Positions 51,512 through 61,676 of a DNA stretch of 64,000 nt are shown here, piece by piece. Made by a program: the position numbers and the translations under genes. Each line of letters opens with the position of its first letter. Position 1 is the first letter of the stretch. The stretch spans positions 2,900,693 to 2,964,692 of the forward strand of contig OZ243931.1 in assembly GCA_965214055.1 (NCBI GenBank). Reading direction: 5' to 3'. This stretch comes from Candidatus Poriferihabitaceae bacterium. GTDB taxonomy: Bacteria; Pseudomonadota; Gammaproteobacteria; Arenicellales; Poriferihabitantaceae. The notes beneath the pieces were generated by a model. That model made no database searches. It was not told the origin of the DNA and worked only from the letters and a program-made list of their open reading frames with translations.

Positions 51512-52780
51512 TTGTTTTCGATTTTCAAATCCATTTCTTCCCTGCTGCTCAGTTACGGGATGTTCCTGATGGCCGTTGGCCTGTTCTCCACTCTTTTGGG
51601 CATCCGTTCCTCCCTGGAAGGGTTTTCACCTCAGATAACCGGGCTGATCATGTCGGGGTACTTTGTCGGCCTGCTCATCGGCGCAAACTTTGCGGTCCGT
51701 TTCATGATCCTGGGGGGGCATATCCGTGCCTTTGCCGTCTTCGCTTCCGTCATGTCCACCACCGCGCTGATACACATCATGCTGGTCGACCCCTTCGTCT
51801 GGTTCGCGCTGAGATTCCTGGCCGGATTCTGCATGGCCGGCCTGGTGATGGTGACGGAAAGCTGGCTCAACAATCGTGCCGACCCCGGCACCCGGGGACA
51901 GGTTTTTTCCTTTTACATGATTACCAACTATGCGGCCTCCGGGATGGGCCAGTTCCTGTTGCCCCTGGCCGACCCGGAAAGCTTTTACCTGTTCACGGTG
52001 GTATCCATCATATTCTCGATTTCCATTGTGCCCATTTTGCTCACCCAGTCCAAGGCACCCATCCCGCCCAAAAGGTCCAGGGTCGACCTGCGAGCACTCT
52101 ACCGGTTGTCTCCCGTGGGCATGCTGGGTGCCACCACCGCCGGTTTCATCAATTCAGGGTTTTACACGCTGGGGCCGGTCTATACCACCTCCAACGGGTT
52201 TTCCATTACCCGGACATCCATCTTCATGTCCACCGCAATATTCAGCGGCCTGCTGCTGCAGTGGCCCCTCGGAAAAATTTCCGACCGGATTGACCGGCGT
52301 GTCGTACTCATCGGGATTTCGCTGGGGACCGCACTTGCCTGTGTCGGGTTTATCCTGCTTCCGGTCAGACAGCTCTATGTACTGTTCATCCTGACCAGCC
52401 TCTATGGCGCGTTCTCATTTGTGGTGTATTCCATCAGTGCTGCACATACCAATGACTTTGCGGACAAGAGATTTGCGGCCCAAACGGCAGGGGGGTTACT
52501 CGTTTCCTTTGGCGTGGGTGCGATTGTCGGTCCCATACTGACCTCTCAGGTCATGGGGCTGGCAGGCCCTTCCGGCCTGTTCCTGTCCAATGCCATCGCC
52601 GCCGCGCTATTCAGCCTGTTTGCATTTTCACGGATCAAAGCCAGGGCCAGCACGCCGACAGCAGACAAATCCAGCTTTATTGTGATTTCCGCGTCCCAAC
52701 CCATGAACAAGGAACTGTATTCCTCGTTAAACCAGGATGAACGGAACCGCTCCGGGCAAACCCCGCCAACCGACGATTGA
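51512..52780 (+). CDS. MFS transporter (YcaD-like)
   Basis: GHIRAFA, ESWLN, QWPLG.ISDRIDRR and AHTND. TTG start estimated. Confidence 0.85.
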   Translation: MFSIFKSISSLLLSYGMFLMAVGLFSTLLGIRSSLEGFSPQITGLIMSGYFVGLLIGANFAVRFMILGGHIRAFAVFASVMSTTALIHIMLVDPFVWFALRFLAGFCMAGLVMVTESWLNNRADPGTRGQVFSFYMITNYAASGMGQFLLPLADPESFYLFTVVSIIFSISIVPILLTQSKAPIPPKRSRVDLRALYRLSPVGMLGATTAGFINSGFYTLGPVYTTSNGFSITRTSIFMSTAIFSGLLLQWPLGKISDRIDRRVVLIGISLGTALACVGFILLPVRQLYVLFILTSLYGAFSFVVYSISAAHTNDFADKRFAAQTAGGLLVSFGVGAIVGPILTSQVMGLAGPSGLFLSNAIAAALFSLFAFSRIKARASTPTADKSSFIVISASQPMNKELYSSLNQDERNRSGQTPPTDD

Positions 52781-53210
52781 GGCACCTCAACCGATGGTCA
52801 TGTGCTGAGCGGCAATACGCTGGGAAATGACATCCGGGAACTTTGCCTTCGTTTTTGACGGTTCATCAGAGTGATCATGTCAACACTCCTGCTGCCAGAT
52901 GCCCATCCGAAAGACAGAATATTCAATGTGGATTGTTTCCGCATTGGCCGGGAGATCGAACCGGACACCGTTGAATACAGATTTTACCTTCCAGCAGGAC
53001 TCACCGTATTGCTCGTATGACCGATTTCTCGGCCTGCCCTCCTGGTTTTCCGGTACTGCCGGGTGAACTGCTCTGGGGTGAAAACAGACCCTCGACCATG
53101 ATCCAGATGGGGAGATACTATACGGGAAAGGTTACAATTCCAGGAAAAACCTCTATCGTACAACCCTGATATACAACCTGAAAATAATATCTTATTCAGT
53201 TGAAAAACCA

Positions 53211-53708
53211 ATGAAAATACCGATAAAACAGGGACTGAACCCCGTTGTCGATGACAATTCCCGTATCCTGATTCTGGGTTCCCTGCCGGGCGACGCCTCA
53301 TTGAAATCGCGGGAATATTACGCATACCCCCAAAATCAATTCTGGAACATCCTGTCCTCCATCTACCAGGAATCCATCAGCGTGGATTACGAATCGAAAC
53401 GGGCGTTTCTCCGCAAGCACGGAATCGCTTTATGGGATGTGCTCAAAGAGGCCGAACGGAAAGGAAGTCTCGATTCGAATATCCGGTCTCCGGTCGTCAA
53501 CGACCTCAAGGAGTTTATCCGCAAGCATCCGCAAATCAGGGCGATCGGATTGAACGGAAGAAAAGCCTGGGAAAAGTTCAACAAGCATTGCATTTTCAAG
53601 GCAGGCGATATGCATGTGCGCTACCTTCCGTCCTCAAGTTCCATGCACACGAAGCCACTCCCGGAAAAAGTTCAGGCGTGGCAGGATTTCCTGAAACCGG
53701 TCATGTAG
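53211..53708 (+). CDS. DNA-deoxyinosine glycosylase (UDG superfamily, MUG/HDG-like)
   Basis: LILGSLPG.ASL...YYA.PQNQFW, IALWDV, R.GSLDSNI and LPSSS. Confidence 0.85.
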   Translation: MKIPIKQGLNPVVDDNSRILILGSLPGDASLKSREYYAYPQNQFWNILSSIYQESISVDYESKRAFLRKHGIALWDVLKEAERKGSLDSNIRSPVVNDLKEFIRKHPQIRAIGLNGRKAWEKFNKHCIFKAGDMHVRYLPSSSSMHTKPLPEKVQAWQDFLKPVM

Positions 53709-54014
53709 CGGGATCGGAAACTCCGGTTTTTCAATCCGCTGGATTGTGCATGAAGGGCCAGGAACCCTTCCCCTCGCTACAACTCCCGACCCATCTCCAC
53801 CCGCTTATCCCGCACAGGGGGAGTCGGGTGTTTTTCCGCAAGAGGCCCCAACCACGGCCACCGAATTCCTGGAGCAGTGCCGCAAACCCGGCATTTCCGT
53901 GGCGCAACGTAAGTCAGTGACCTCCCCGCCGGTTTGGAATATCCGACTGCGCTCTACAAAGATCGGTTTGTGTAACCGCGCAAGGAGGCGCTGAAACGGA
54001 GCCATTCAATCCAA

Positions 54015-55277
54015 TCAATCATTCCCTGTTTTTTTCAGAGCTTTCGGAATGAAACAGGCAAGGACCCCCACCCCCACAATCCCGATGAGGAGCATTTCCC
54101 GCAATACCAGGGAAAGACTCCCCCAGTCCAGGGGGTTTTCGCCATCGATGGTTTGCGACAGGACCCAGAGCATGCCGGAAAATGCCAGGCGTGAACATAA
54201 ACTCTGAATCGACAGATAGGTGGCGCGAAGATGGCTCTCCACCCTCGGTGCAATGACCGCATTCACCGGGGCATAGATCACGGACATGGGGAAATTTCGA
54301 AAAAACAGTGCTGCCAGCATCATCCCCGACAACATCACGGCAAAGGAACCGATAATCAATATCTGGATCAGGAATGCGCAAAACAGCAGCGCTTTCAGTC
54401 CCAGCCGGTTGTTCAGGCGAACACTGTACGCCGCCCCGATTACCCCGCCGAACATGGACACCGCAATCACCATGCCTGAAACCAGTGGAGAACTGTTGGG
54501 TACGATCCAGTGCAGGTCCAGCAATTTGATGTAGGGCTGATAAAACTCAAAGGCCGCATGTTCCAGGCAGTACATCAGGACCATCGCGACAAACAGCCAG
54601 GCCAGAACCGTATCGGACAGTTTCTTCAGGCACTCTGTGATGGTCTTGAGAATGGGCCCGGTTTCCGGTTCTCCCGTTCTCCGGCCATCCGGTTCGCTGA
54701 ACCGGTAAACCAGGAAAATCATCCACAAGGCACCGACAAGCGACAGAACATAGGCCAGACGCAGGTCGTAAGACCCCAGGATTCCACCCGCGATGGAGGC
54801 AATGGTCAGCGATGCAAACCCGTATTTTTGTGCTTTGGCTTCGAGGGATTCATATTCCCTTTCCCTGCCCAGACCCCGTAGCGAATCATACAGGAAAGAC
54901 GTGTCGGTCCCCGACATCATCGCCACGCCCTGGGCAAGAAAGAACTGGCCCAGGGCCAGGGAATAAAACCCACTGGCATACAGGAAAACCAGGTAGGCCA
55001 GGGCCAGTGAAAAACCGGAAAGAAACAGGGTGATTCTGCGCCCGACCCGGTCGGAAAAATACCCCGAAGGAACTTCCCAGGCACACACGGACAGGTAATA
55101 GATGGCCCCCAGCTGCATGGCCTCGGCGAGGGAGACAAACTGGTTGAAATACAGAAAGAAAACAGGCAACCAGCCCATGAGATTGGCGGCACTGTAAAAC
55201 CAGGGATACAGGCGTATATTGTTGTTCAGGGCTTGAGACACCGTACAACGCATGGTCTGGGATGGGTTCTGAGGCAA
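54015..55277 (-). CDS. MFS transporter
   Basis: EVPSGYFSDRVGRR, SGTDTSFLYDSL and RATYLS.QS, with ~12 TM segments. Confidence 0.88.
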   Translation of the reverse strand: MPQNPSQTMRCTVSQALNNNIRLYPWFYSAANLMGWLPVFFLYFNQFVSLAEAMQLGAIYYLSVCAWEVPSGYFSDRVGRRITLFLSGFSLALAYLVFLYASGFYSLALGQFFLAQGVAMMSGTDTSFLYDSLRGLGREREYESLEAKAQKYGFASLTIASIAGGILGSYDLRLAYVLSLVGALWMIFLVYRFSEPDGRRTGEPETGPILKTITECLKKLSDTVLAWLFVAMVLMYCLEHAAFEFYQPYIKLLDLHWIVPNSSPLVSGMVIAVSMFGGVIGAAYSVRLNNRLGLKALLFCAFLIQILIIGSFAVMLSGMMLAALFFRNFPMSVIYAPVNAVIAPRVESHLRATYLSIQSLCSRLAFSGMLWVLSQTIDGENPLDWGSLSLVLREMLLIGIVGVGVLACFIPKALKKTGND

Positions 55278-55310
55278 GCGGGATCATTCACTTCGGTTCC
55301 CCTGCCTGAC

Positions 55311-56243
55311 TCAGTACCCGGATTTTCGGTCCACCTGGTTGAGCACAGGCTGCCCGCGGATCAATCGAACGTAGTTTTCCTGCACCACCGACAGACCACT
55401 GTCCAGGTGCCATCCGGAAACATGGGGGGTAATGGTGACTTTCCCGTGGAGCCACAACGGATCGTCTTTGGCAAGGGGTTCCTCCTGGAAAACATCCAGC
55501 ACCGCGTGGCCAAGATACCCCGAATCCAGGGCGGTCATCAGGTCCCGTTCGTTGATCAGTGATCCACGGCCCACATTCACCAGCATGGATCCCGGTTTCA
55601 TCTCCCTGAACCGGTCCAGATCAAACAGGTGCCAGGTCTCCCGGGTGGAAGGCAGGATGCAGATCACATAGTCCGACAACCCCAGCACATTTCCCAGTTC
55701 CCCTTCCCCATGCCGACAGTCAATGCCTGCCATCTGTTTGAGGGTCCGGCTCCAGCCAACCACCGAAAAACCCAGCGCCTGGAACGTGTTCGCGATCGTC
55801 CCGCCAATATTACCGAGCCCCAACACCCCCACCTTGATCCTGCGGATATTGACCGGTGGTTTCTGCCGCCACCTGCACTTTTCCTGGTTCAGCCGAAAGA
55901 ACGCGATATTTTGCATGTCATTCAACACATAACCGACACAAAAGCGGGCCATTTCCAATGCCACCTCTTCGGCCTTGACCCGCGCAATCCGGACATCAGG
56001 ATGGAGGTCCGGGGCGCTCACCATCGTTTCCACGCCGGCACCCAGCTTCTGTACCAACTGCAGATTCGGCAATTCCCCGGCCAGCCCGGGCCGCAATCGG
56101 TCACAGGCCAGCATCAGAATGTCGGAAGGGTTTCCAAACCGGGGATAAAACCGGATTTTTTCCCGCGGGAGATCATGCAGGATATCCAGTACCTGCTGGT
56201 TGCTCATCCAGTTCTGGGCCTGTATATCAACAAGAATGGTCAT
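55311..56243 (-). CDS. ghrA: Glyoxylate/hydroxypyruvate reductase A-like D-2-hydroxyacid dehydrogenase
   Basis: GAGVE, VGVLGLGNIG, GWSRT, LP.T.ET, NVGRG, LDVF..EPL and TPHVS. Confidence 0.85.
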   Translation of the reverse strand: MTILVDIQAQNWMSNQQVLDILHDLPREKIRFYPRFGNPSDILMLACDRLRPGLAGELPNLQLVQKLGAGVETMVSAPDLHPDVRIARVKAEEVALEMARFCVGYVLNDMQNIAFFRLNQEKCRWRQKPPVNIRRIKVGVLGLGNIGGTIANTFQALGFSVVGWSRTLKQMAGIDCRHGEGELGNVLGLSDYVICILPSTRETWHLFDLDRFREMKPGSMLVNVGRGSLINERDLMTALDSGYLGHAVLDVFQEEPLAKDDPLWLHGKVTITPHVSGWHLDSGLSVVQENYVRLIRGQPVLNQVDRKSGY

Positions 56244-56412
56244 ATCCTGTCCACCAAAAAGTTCATGCCGTCAAATAGAAGGCCCCAACCGCAGAACCCC
56301 TTTTCCCCAGTATAATCTCCCTGCTCCATCGTGTCCGCCGGTTTCTGTCCTGATAACGGCTCCACCAACAGTTTCCCCCCCCCATAACCAGTTCGCGATC
56401 AGTCTGAATATA

Positions 56413-56453
56413 TCCGAGTGAGAGGGGCGTGGAAACACCCCCTCTTACTCGGA
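56413..56453 (+). other. Strong GAAA-tetraloop hairpin
   Basis: TCCGAGTGAGAGGGG-C-GTG-GAAA-CAC-CCCCTCTTACTCGGA: an 18-bp stem with one bulge and one G-U pair on the + strand. Confidence 0.8.
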
Positions 56454-56460
56454 CCACGGC

Positions 56461-56790
56461 AAAACCATGGTAACAGGCGTATGTTGCTGTTCAGGGCTTG
56501 AGGCACCGTACAGCGTATGGTCAGGGATGGGTTCCGGGGCAAGCGGGGATATTCACTTCGGGTCCTGGGCCAAACCCAGCACCCGGATTTTTGGTCCACC
56601 TGGTTGAGCAAGGGTACCCGCGGCTCAAACGAACGTAGTTTTCCTGCACCACCGCCAGACCGCCCTGCTGATGCCATCCGCAAACATGCGGGGAATGGTG
56701 CCTTTCCCGTGACTCCACAACGCATCGTTTTTGGCAAGGGCTCATTCTGGAAAATATCCAACACCGCGCGGCCCGGACATCCCGAGTCCA
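56461..56790 (-). pseudogene. Diverged duplicate of the ghrA 3' end, spacer and MFS 5' end (copy of ~55196-55530)
   Basis: Long shared blocks such as GTTCAGGGCTTGAG, GGTCCACCTGGTTGAGCA and CGAACGTAGTTTTCCTGCACCACCG. Several indels, and the ghrA stop codon is mutated. Confidence 0.88.
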
Positions 56791-56955
56791 TTGGCAACCT
56801 GATCACCGTGTTGACAAAGATTCCGGCTGGGAGGCGGATGGACGCATGGATGACCCCTCAACCAGATGTTTCAGGATCATTTCCCGTTTGGTTGTATTCA
56901 GTGCAAAGTGCCTGTGCAGGAAGTTTTGCAAACCTCGCCCAGTTTCCAATACTAT

Positions 56956-56984
56956 TTGAAATGCACGGCAAGGGAACACATAAT
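56956..56984 (+). promoter_or_regulatory. Sigma70-like promoter for the outer-membrane protein gene
   Basis: TTGAAA-17bp-CATAAT about 90 bp upstream of the ATG. GGAGG lies near the start. Confidence 0.5.
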
Positions 56985-57075
56985 CGCTGATATTACAGAA
57001 CGACCGAACTCGTGCTTATGATTCCCAGTTTCCCGGAAAACCGCCAGGCACGGAGGATTGAATAAAAATACTTCC

Positions 57076-57912
57076 ATGAACCAGAAAAAACGATACCTGA
57101 CTTTTTCAACGGCCACTGCCATGGCCCTGTCCCTGATTCTGGCACTCGCGCCCAATGCTCATGCCACAGACTTGAAATGGTATGTCGGCGCGAAATTGCC
57201 GATCATGTTCATTGATGACACGGAGTCAAAAACCGCCGGGACCGCTGACAATGTGCTCTCCACCCGCCCGGATGCCCCCCGCTCCCGGATTCCGTACTCG
57301 ACGGAAGCCATTGTGGAATACGACGCGGGATTCCGGTTGAGCGGGATTCTGGGGTACCAGGTCACCCCGAATATTCGGGTCGAAGGCGAATTGTTTTACG
57401 GCAAGGCCAAGGTCGACAAGCTGACCTACCAGGGAGTTACCGCGGGATTCTTTATTCAGGCACCCATTGACGGCAACGGCTCTGGCTCGCCCACACAGTT
57501 GGGCGCCATGGCCAATGTTTGGTATGACTTCAATTCGGCATCAAAATGGACCCCCTATGCGGGTCTCGGCCTTGGTTTTATCCGGGTGGATCTCGCCAAT
57601 CTGAAATATGACGAAAATGCTGTCGCACAGACGATTGTAGACTTCTTTGCAAGAGCACAGGGTCGGACGCTGCCACCGCTGGACCCTGGGTTCATACCAG
57701 GACTCTCCAAGGACACCGACACGGCATTCGCCTGGCAGTTCGGTGCCGGGGTGGGCTACGAGTTGAGCGATACCTTGACCCTGGATCTGGGTTACCGCTA
57801 CCAGAATACCGATACCCTGAAATTCAAAGGCGAGAATGCAACGGGCACTGTCGTTTCGGAGCAAAAATTGAAGGTCCACCTTTTGGAAGTCGGCATCCGA
57901 TACCGTTTCTAA
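57076..57912 (+). CDS. Outer-membrane beta-barrel protein (OmpA/opacity-like, 8-stranded)
   Basis: Signal peptide (AHA-), RVEGEL, MANVWYDF, PYAGLGLG, FAWQFGAGVGY, LDLGYRY and C-terminal GIRYRF. Confidence 0.85.
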   Translation: MNQKKRYLTFSTATAMALSLILALAPNAHATDLKWYVGAKLPIMFIDDTESKTAGTADNVLSTRPDAPRSRIPYSTEAIVEYDAGFRLSGILGYQVTPNIRVEGELFYGKAKVDKLTYQGVTAGFFIQAPIDGNGSGSPTQLGAMANVWYDFNSASKWTPYAGLGLGFIRVDLANLKYDENAVAQTIVDFFARAQGRTLPPLDPGFIPGLSKDTDTAFAWQFGAGVGYELSDTLTLDLGYRYQNTDTLKFKGENATGTVVSEQKLKVHLLEVGIRYRF

Positions 57913-58314
57913 ACCGGGCTCCCAGGAAAAGCAAAGGCGTTTCGAATCGGTGATCGGTTTCGGCCCCCGATCTTGTTTGTCACGATGAACCAGGGATAAC
58001 CTGACGCCTTTCGTCATCGGACAGGGGTAACATGGCCATTGTCCGTATTGAACACACCGAGATACTTCACCATCGCCTGCCCAATGATAACCTGTTCACC
58101 CGGCGATCAATTTAAACGGTACAGCGAGCACCATCCTTCAACGTGACACGAGGGTCCAAAAGTGGAAGCAGGAAGAGCACCGGACCACAGGCGGTCCACC
58201 AGTCTGCCTGAAATCCTTGAACCGGCCGCTTTCATCATCCTGAACCCTGCCCGAGACACTGGCCGGGACAGCGAATACCCTGCACCGGACAAACCGTGAA
58301 AAACCGACCAACCA

Positions 58315-60666
58315 TCAAGGCGCTTTCGACGATTTTCCGCGGGACTCTCTGGATTTCCCAAAAAACAGCCAGGCCAGTGCAGGTCCCAGAAGCACGGCAC
58401 CTGCCATGTTGGCGAGGAACATGAACGCCAGAAGCACCCCCATGTCTGCCTGGAACTTGAGACCGGAAAATATCCAGGTCAGGACTCCCAGGGCCAGTGT
58501 CAGGCCGGTCACCACCACCGCATTGCCGGTGACGGCGAAAGTTTCCTGAAAGGCATCGGAAAGCATCGCACCTCCATCCAGCCGTCGCTTTACATCGCTG
58601 AAGATGTATATCCCATAATCCACCCCGATCCCCACCCCGAGAGCGGCTACCGGCAAAGTTGACACCTTCAGCCCGATTTCAAGCAACGTCATCAGGGCAA
58701 AAGCCAGGGTGGAGACGAGTGCCAGGGGCAGCACCACGCAAAGGGTACCGCGTATCGAGCGAAATGCGATCAGGCACAGCGCGATGACGGCGCCGTAGAT
58801 CCAGGCCAGCATCTCGAACTCCGCTTTGCGTACGAGGTCGTTCGTTGCCGCCATCACACCCAGGTTTCCAGTGGCCAGCCGGAAGCGAATCCGATCGCTG
58901 TCATGGATGGCCGCCTGGGCAGTGACCTCCTGGACCAGCCGGTCGATGGTCTCCGCACGATGGTCCGTGGCGAAAATCAGAATCGGCATCCGGGAGCAAT
59001 CCGCGTTGAGGAGACCTGAACCGGTCTCAATCGGACCCGTGGCCTGGACCAGCGCGGACGAGGTGCGCGGCAGGGTCTGCCATTTTGGATGTCCCTCGTT
59101 GAACCCGGCATGGACCGTGCGGGCAATCCCGGCCAGGGACAGGGTGGACTGCACTCCCGGCACCTGGGCCATGCGCGCCGCAAAATCGTCGATTCGATCC
59201 AGGATGTCAAAATCGATACAGGCATCCGGGTGGGTTTCCACGATCACGGTAAGGATATCCACCCCCACGGAGAAAAGCCGGGTGATCATGGCGCTGTCAC
59301 GGTTGTAACGGGAGTCGGGGTGCAGTTCGGGAACGCCTTCGTGCACATCACCGATGGCATACTCGTCGGCCTTGTGAAAACCGATGCCAAACACGATCAG
59401 GGCCAGCAGCAGGACCCCCCCGGAGGCGGGCCACGAAGACACCCCCGACAAGCGCCTCCAGACCGGAGTGCTCACCCGGGCCGATGTCTGCAAACGTTCC
59501 CGGTATCCGGGTTCGTGCCGAACCTGGGACATCAACACCGGCAAGAGCATGAGATTGGTCAACAGGATGACCGCCACACCGATGCCCATGGTCACGGCAA
59601 GATCGCGAATGATCTGTACATCAATGATCAGCATGGTCAGGAAACCCGCGCAATCACTGGCCAGGGCCACGGACCCCGGGACGACCAACCTGCGAAAAGC
59701 GGTCCGGCACGCCCTGGTTTCGGAGGCTCCGTTCCGGATGGCCTGTCCGGCGGCCCCTGCGACCTGCACTCCATGGGAAATGCCGATCGCCAGGACCAGG
59801 AACGGAACCAGGATGGACATTGGATCGATGTCGAAACCAAACAGCGAGAGCAGACCCAGGGTCCACACCACCGCCACCATGGAACACAGCATCAACAGTG
59901 CTGTATACCACGCGGAGCGGGTGAAAAAGTAGACCGGAATCCACGACAGCAAAAAGGCGATGGCGAAGAACAGCATGGCATCCCCCGCGTGATCGGCAAT
60001 ATCCCCCATCATCCTGGCAAAACCAATGATGTGGATATCCGTCTGCGGTCCCGCATAGCGGGACCGCAATTCTTCCTCCAGGAGATGGGCGACTTCAAGA
60101 TAGTCCAGCCGCTGACCCGTTCGGGGATCGGTCTCGACCAGTTCCGCCGTGACCATGGCGGCGGAAAGGTCATTGGCAACCAACCGTCCGACAATCCCGG
60201 CCTTGAGTACGTTGGCGCGAACCCGTTTCAGGTCGGCTTCCGTCCCCTGGTAGTCCGGGGGAACCACATTGCCTCCCGTAAACCCGCCGCGTACGATTTC
60301 GAGAAAACGGACATTGGGGGTAAACAGTGACCGCACGGAAGACTTGTTGACTCCCGGCAGAAAAAACACCGCGTCGGTGACGGCCTGGAGCGTTTCCATA
60401 AACTCAGCGGTATAAATATCGCCTGAACGGGCGCGAACCGCGATCAACAGTCGATTGGCCCCGCCAAACTCGGCCTGGTATTCGATGAAGACCTGCATGA
60501 AGGGGTGATCACGGGGCAAATGCTTTTCAAACCCGGCATCAATCCCGAGCCGGGCCGCCGACAAGGCGAGCCCGATACTCGCCAGGGCAAAAAAGGCGAT
60601 CACCAGCCGACGATGGCCGAACAGCGCCTGCTCAACCTGCCCCACCCAGCCGTTCCTTTCCCTCAC
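58315..60666 (-). CDS. MMPL/RND-superfamily inner-membrane transporter
   Basis: DAGFEKHLP..HP, FGGANR, LAIGISHGVQ, GIGVDYGIY and LKFQADMG. Confidence 0.9.
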   Translation of the reverse strand: MRERNGWVGQVEQALFGHRRLVIAFFALASIGLALSAARLGIDAGFEKHLPRDHPFMQVFIEYQAEFGGANRLLIAVRARSGDIYTAEFMETLQAVTDAVFFLPGVNKSSVRSLFTPNVRFLEIVRGGFTGGNVVPPDYQGTEADLKRVRANVLKAGIVGRLVANDLSAAMVTAELVETDPRTGQRLDYLEVAHLLEEELRSRYAGPQTDIHIIGFARMMGDIADHAGDAMLFFAIAFLLSWIPVYFFTRSAWYTALLMLCSMVAVVWTLGLLSLFGFDIDPMSILVPFLVLAIGISHGVQVAGAAGQAIRNGASETRACRTAFRRLVVPGSVALASDCAGFLTMLIIDVQIIRDLAVTMGIGVAVILLTNLMLLPVLMSQVRHEPGYRERLQTSARVSTPVWRRLSGVSSWPASGGVLLLALIVFGIGFHKADEYAIGDVHEGVPELHPDSRYNRDSAMITRLFSVGVDILTVIVETHPDACIDFDILDRIDDFAARMAQVPGVQSTLSLAGIARTVHAGFNEGHPKWQTLPRTSSALVQATGPIETGSGLLNADCSRMPILIFATDHRAETIDRLVQEVTAQAAIHDSDRIRFRLATGNLGVMAATNDLVRKAEFEMLAWIYGAVIALCLIAFRSIRGTLCVVLPLALVSTLAFALMTLLEIGLKVSTLPVAALGVGIGVDYGIYIFSDVKRRLDGGAMLSDAFQETFAVTGNAVVVTGLTLALGVLTWIFSGLKFQADMGVLLAFMFLANMAGAVLLGPALAWLFFGKSRESRGKSSKAP

Positions 60667-60695
60667 GTCCTTTCCCTCGCACTACATCCGGACAA

Positions 60696-61654
60696 TTACG
60701 GCCAATTCTCCCGCTGCACCTCCCCATTCGACAGGGACAACCGGTTGACCCCGTTCTCACCGAACAGCAGCACGGAATCCGGGTCCGAGACCATAACCGT
60801 GGTAAACGCCTCGCGTCCGGAGGCAGGCAGGAGCCGGAAGTTCCCGGTGGATTCCACCAGGACGGTCCCATCGGCGCCCACAACCACGGCCCGGCCATCC
60901 GGCATGAACACCGCATCATACAGGGAAGAAGACACACCGCTTTCAAGACGCTGCCAACTCTCTCCCCCGTCACGGCTATCCAGAATGGTTCCTTCAAGAC
61001 CGTAGAGCAGGAGCCTGCCCGGTATAGTCCGGAGTCCGAAGAAACTGCCGTCCCAGCCAGTATCGAGAGAGGTCCAGTTTTCCCCGTTATCCCGGGACCG
61101 GAAGACCGCACCAAATTCACCGATGATGAAAAGCGCCCCGTCCGAATCCTCCCGGACGGCATAGAAATGCGGTTCTTCCGGATCAAGCTGGCGAGACGAC
61201 CAGCTGCGTCCATGATCTTCCGTTTCCAGAACCAGCCCGTAGGCACCAACCGCCAGTCCTCTTCCGTCTCCGGCCACCCAGATATCAAGTAGCGGAGTAT
61301 CCCGTTCCGGATCCATCCGGACGACTGTCCAGGCCTGGCCGATTCCCGCATTGTTGAGTACGAGGGCATCGTGACCAATGGCAACGAGATGACCATTCCC
61401 GGTTTCAGCAACCCCGGTCAGCATGCGCCGGACCGGTACCGCAAGCTGCCTCCAGTCATTGCCGGATGTGCTGTGGACGATCAGACCACGTTCCCCGACC
61501 GCGAGAATGCCCTGTGAAACCCGGATCGCATCCGTGATCATCCCGCACTCGGGACAGGCCAGCCCGGCGCTGCGTCGTTCAGGGGTTCCGCGCCGGAACG
61601 GGACCCGACCCCCACGGAAACCAGCACCAACGCAAGCGCGAGCAGAAAGCGCAC
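60696..61654 (-). CDS. YCF48-like BNR-repeat beta-propeller protein with a -1 frameshift after the signal peptide
   Basis: AVGERG, AVGAYG, S.D.G.SW repeats and GSFFG. The signal peptide MRFLLALALVLV (GTG 61654) is one base out of frame with the body near 61563. Confidence 0.8.
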
Positions 61655-61676
61655 CGGCTATTCGGACTTCCCTTCC

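Noticed and set aside
56413-56453. Hairpin as group II intron domain V
   Set aside because: It lacks the AGC/CGC triad and the 3' AC bulge geometry, and there is no intron ORF or domain VI.
55196-56790. Repeat pair as a diversity-generating retroelement TR/VR
   Set aside because: The mismatches are not adenine-specific and include indels, the repeat spans an intergenic region, and there is no reverse transcriptase in the window.
57920-58310. Possible transposase remnant (minus-strand GYPWFIVTN)
   Set aside because: Only one short motif, with no DDE context or terminal repeats.
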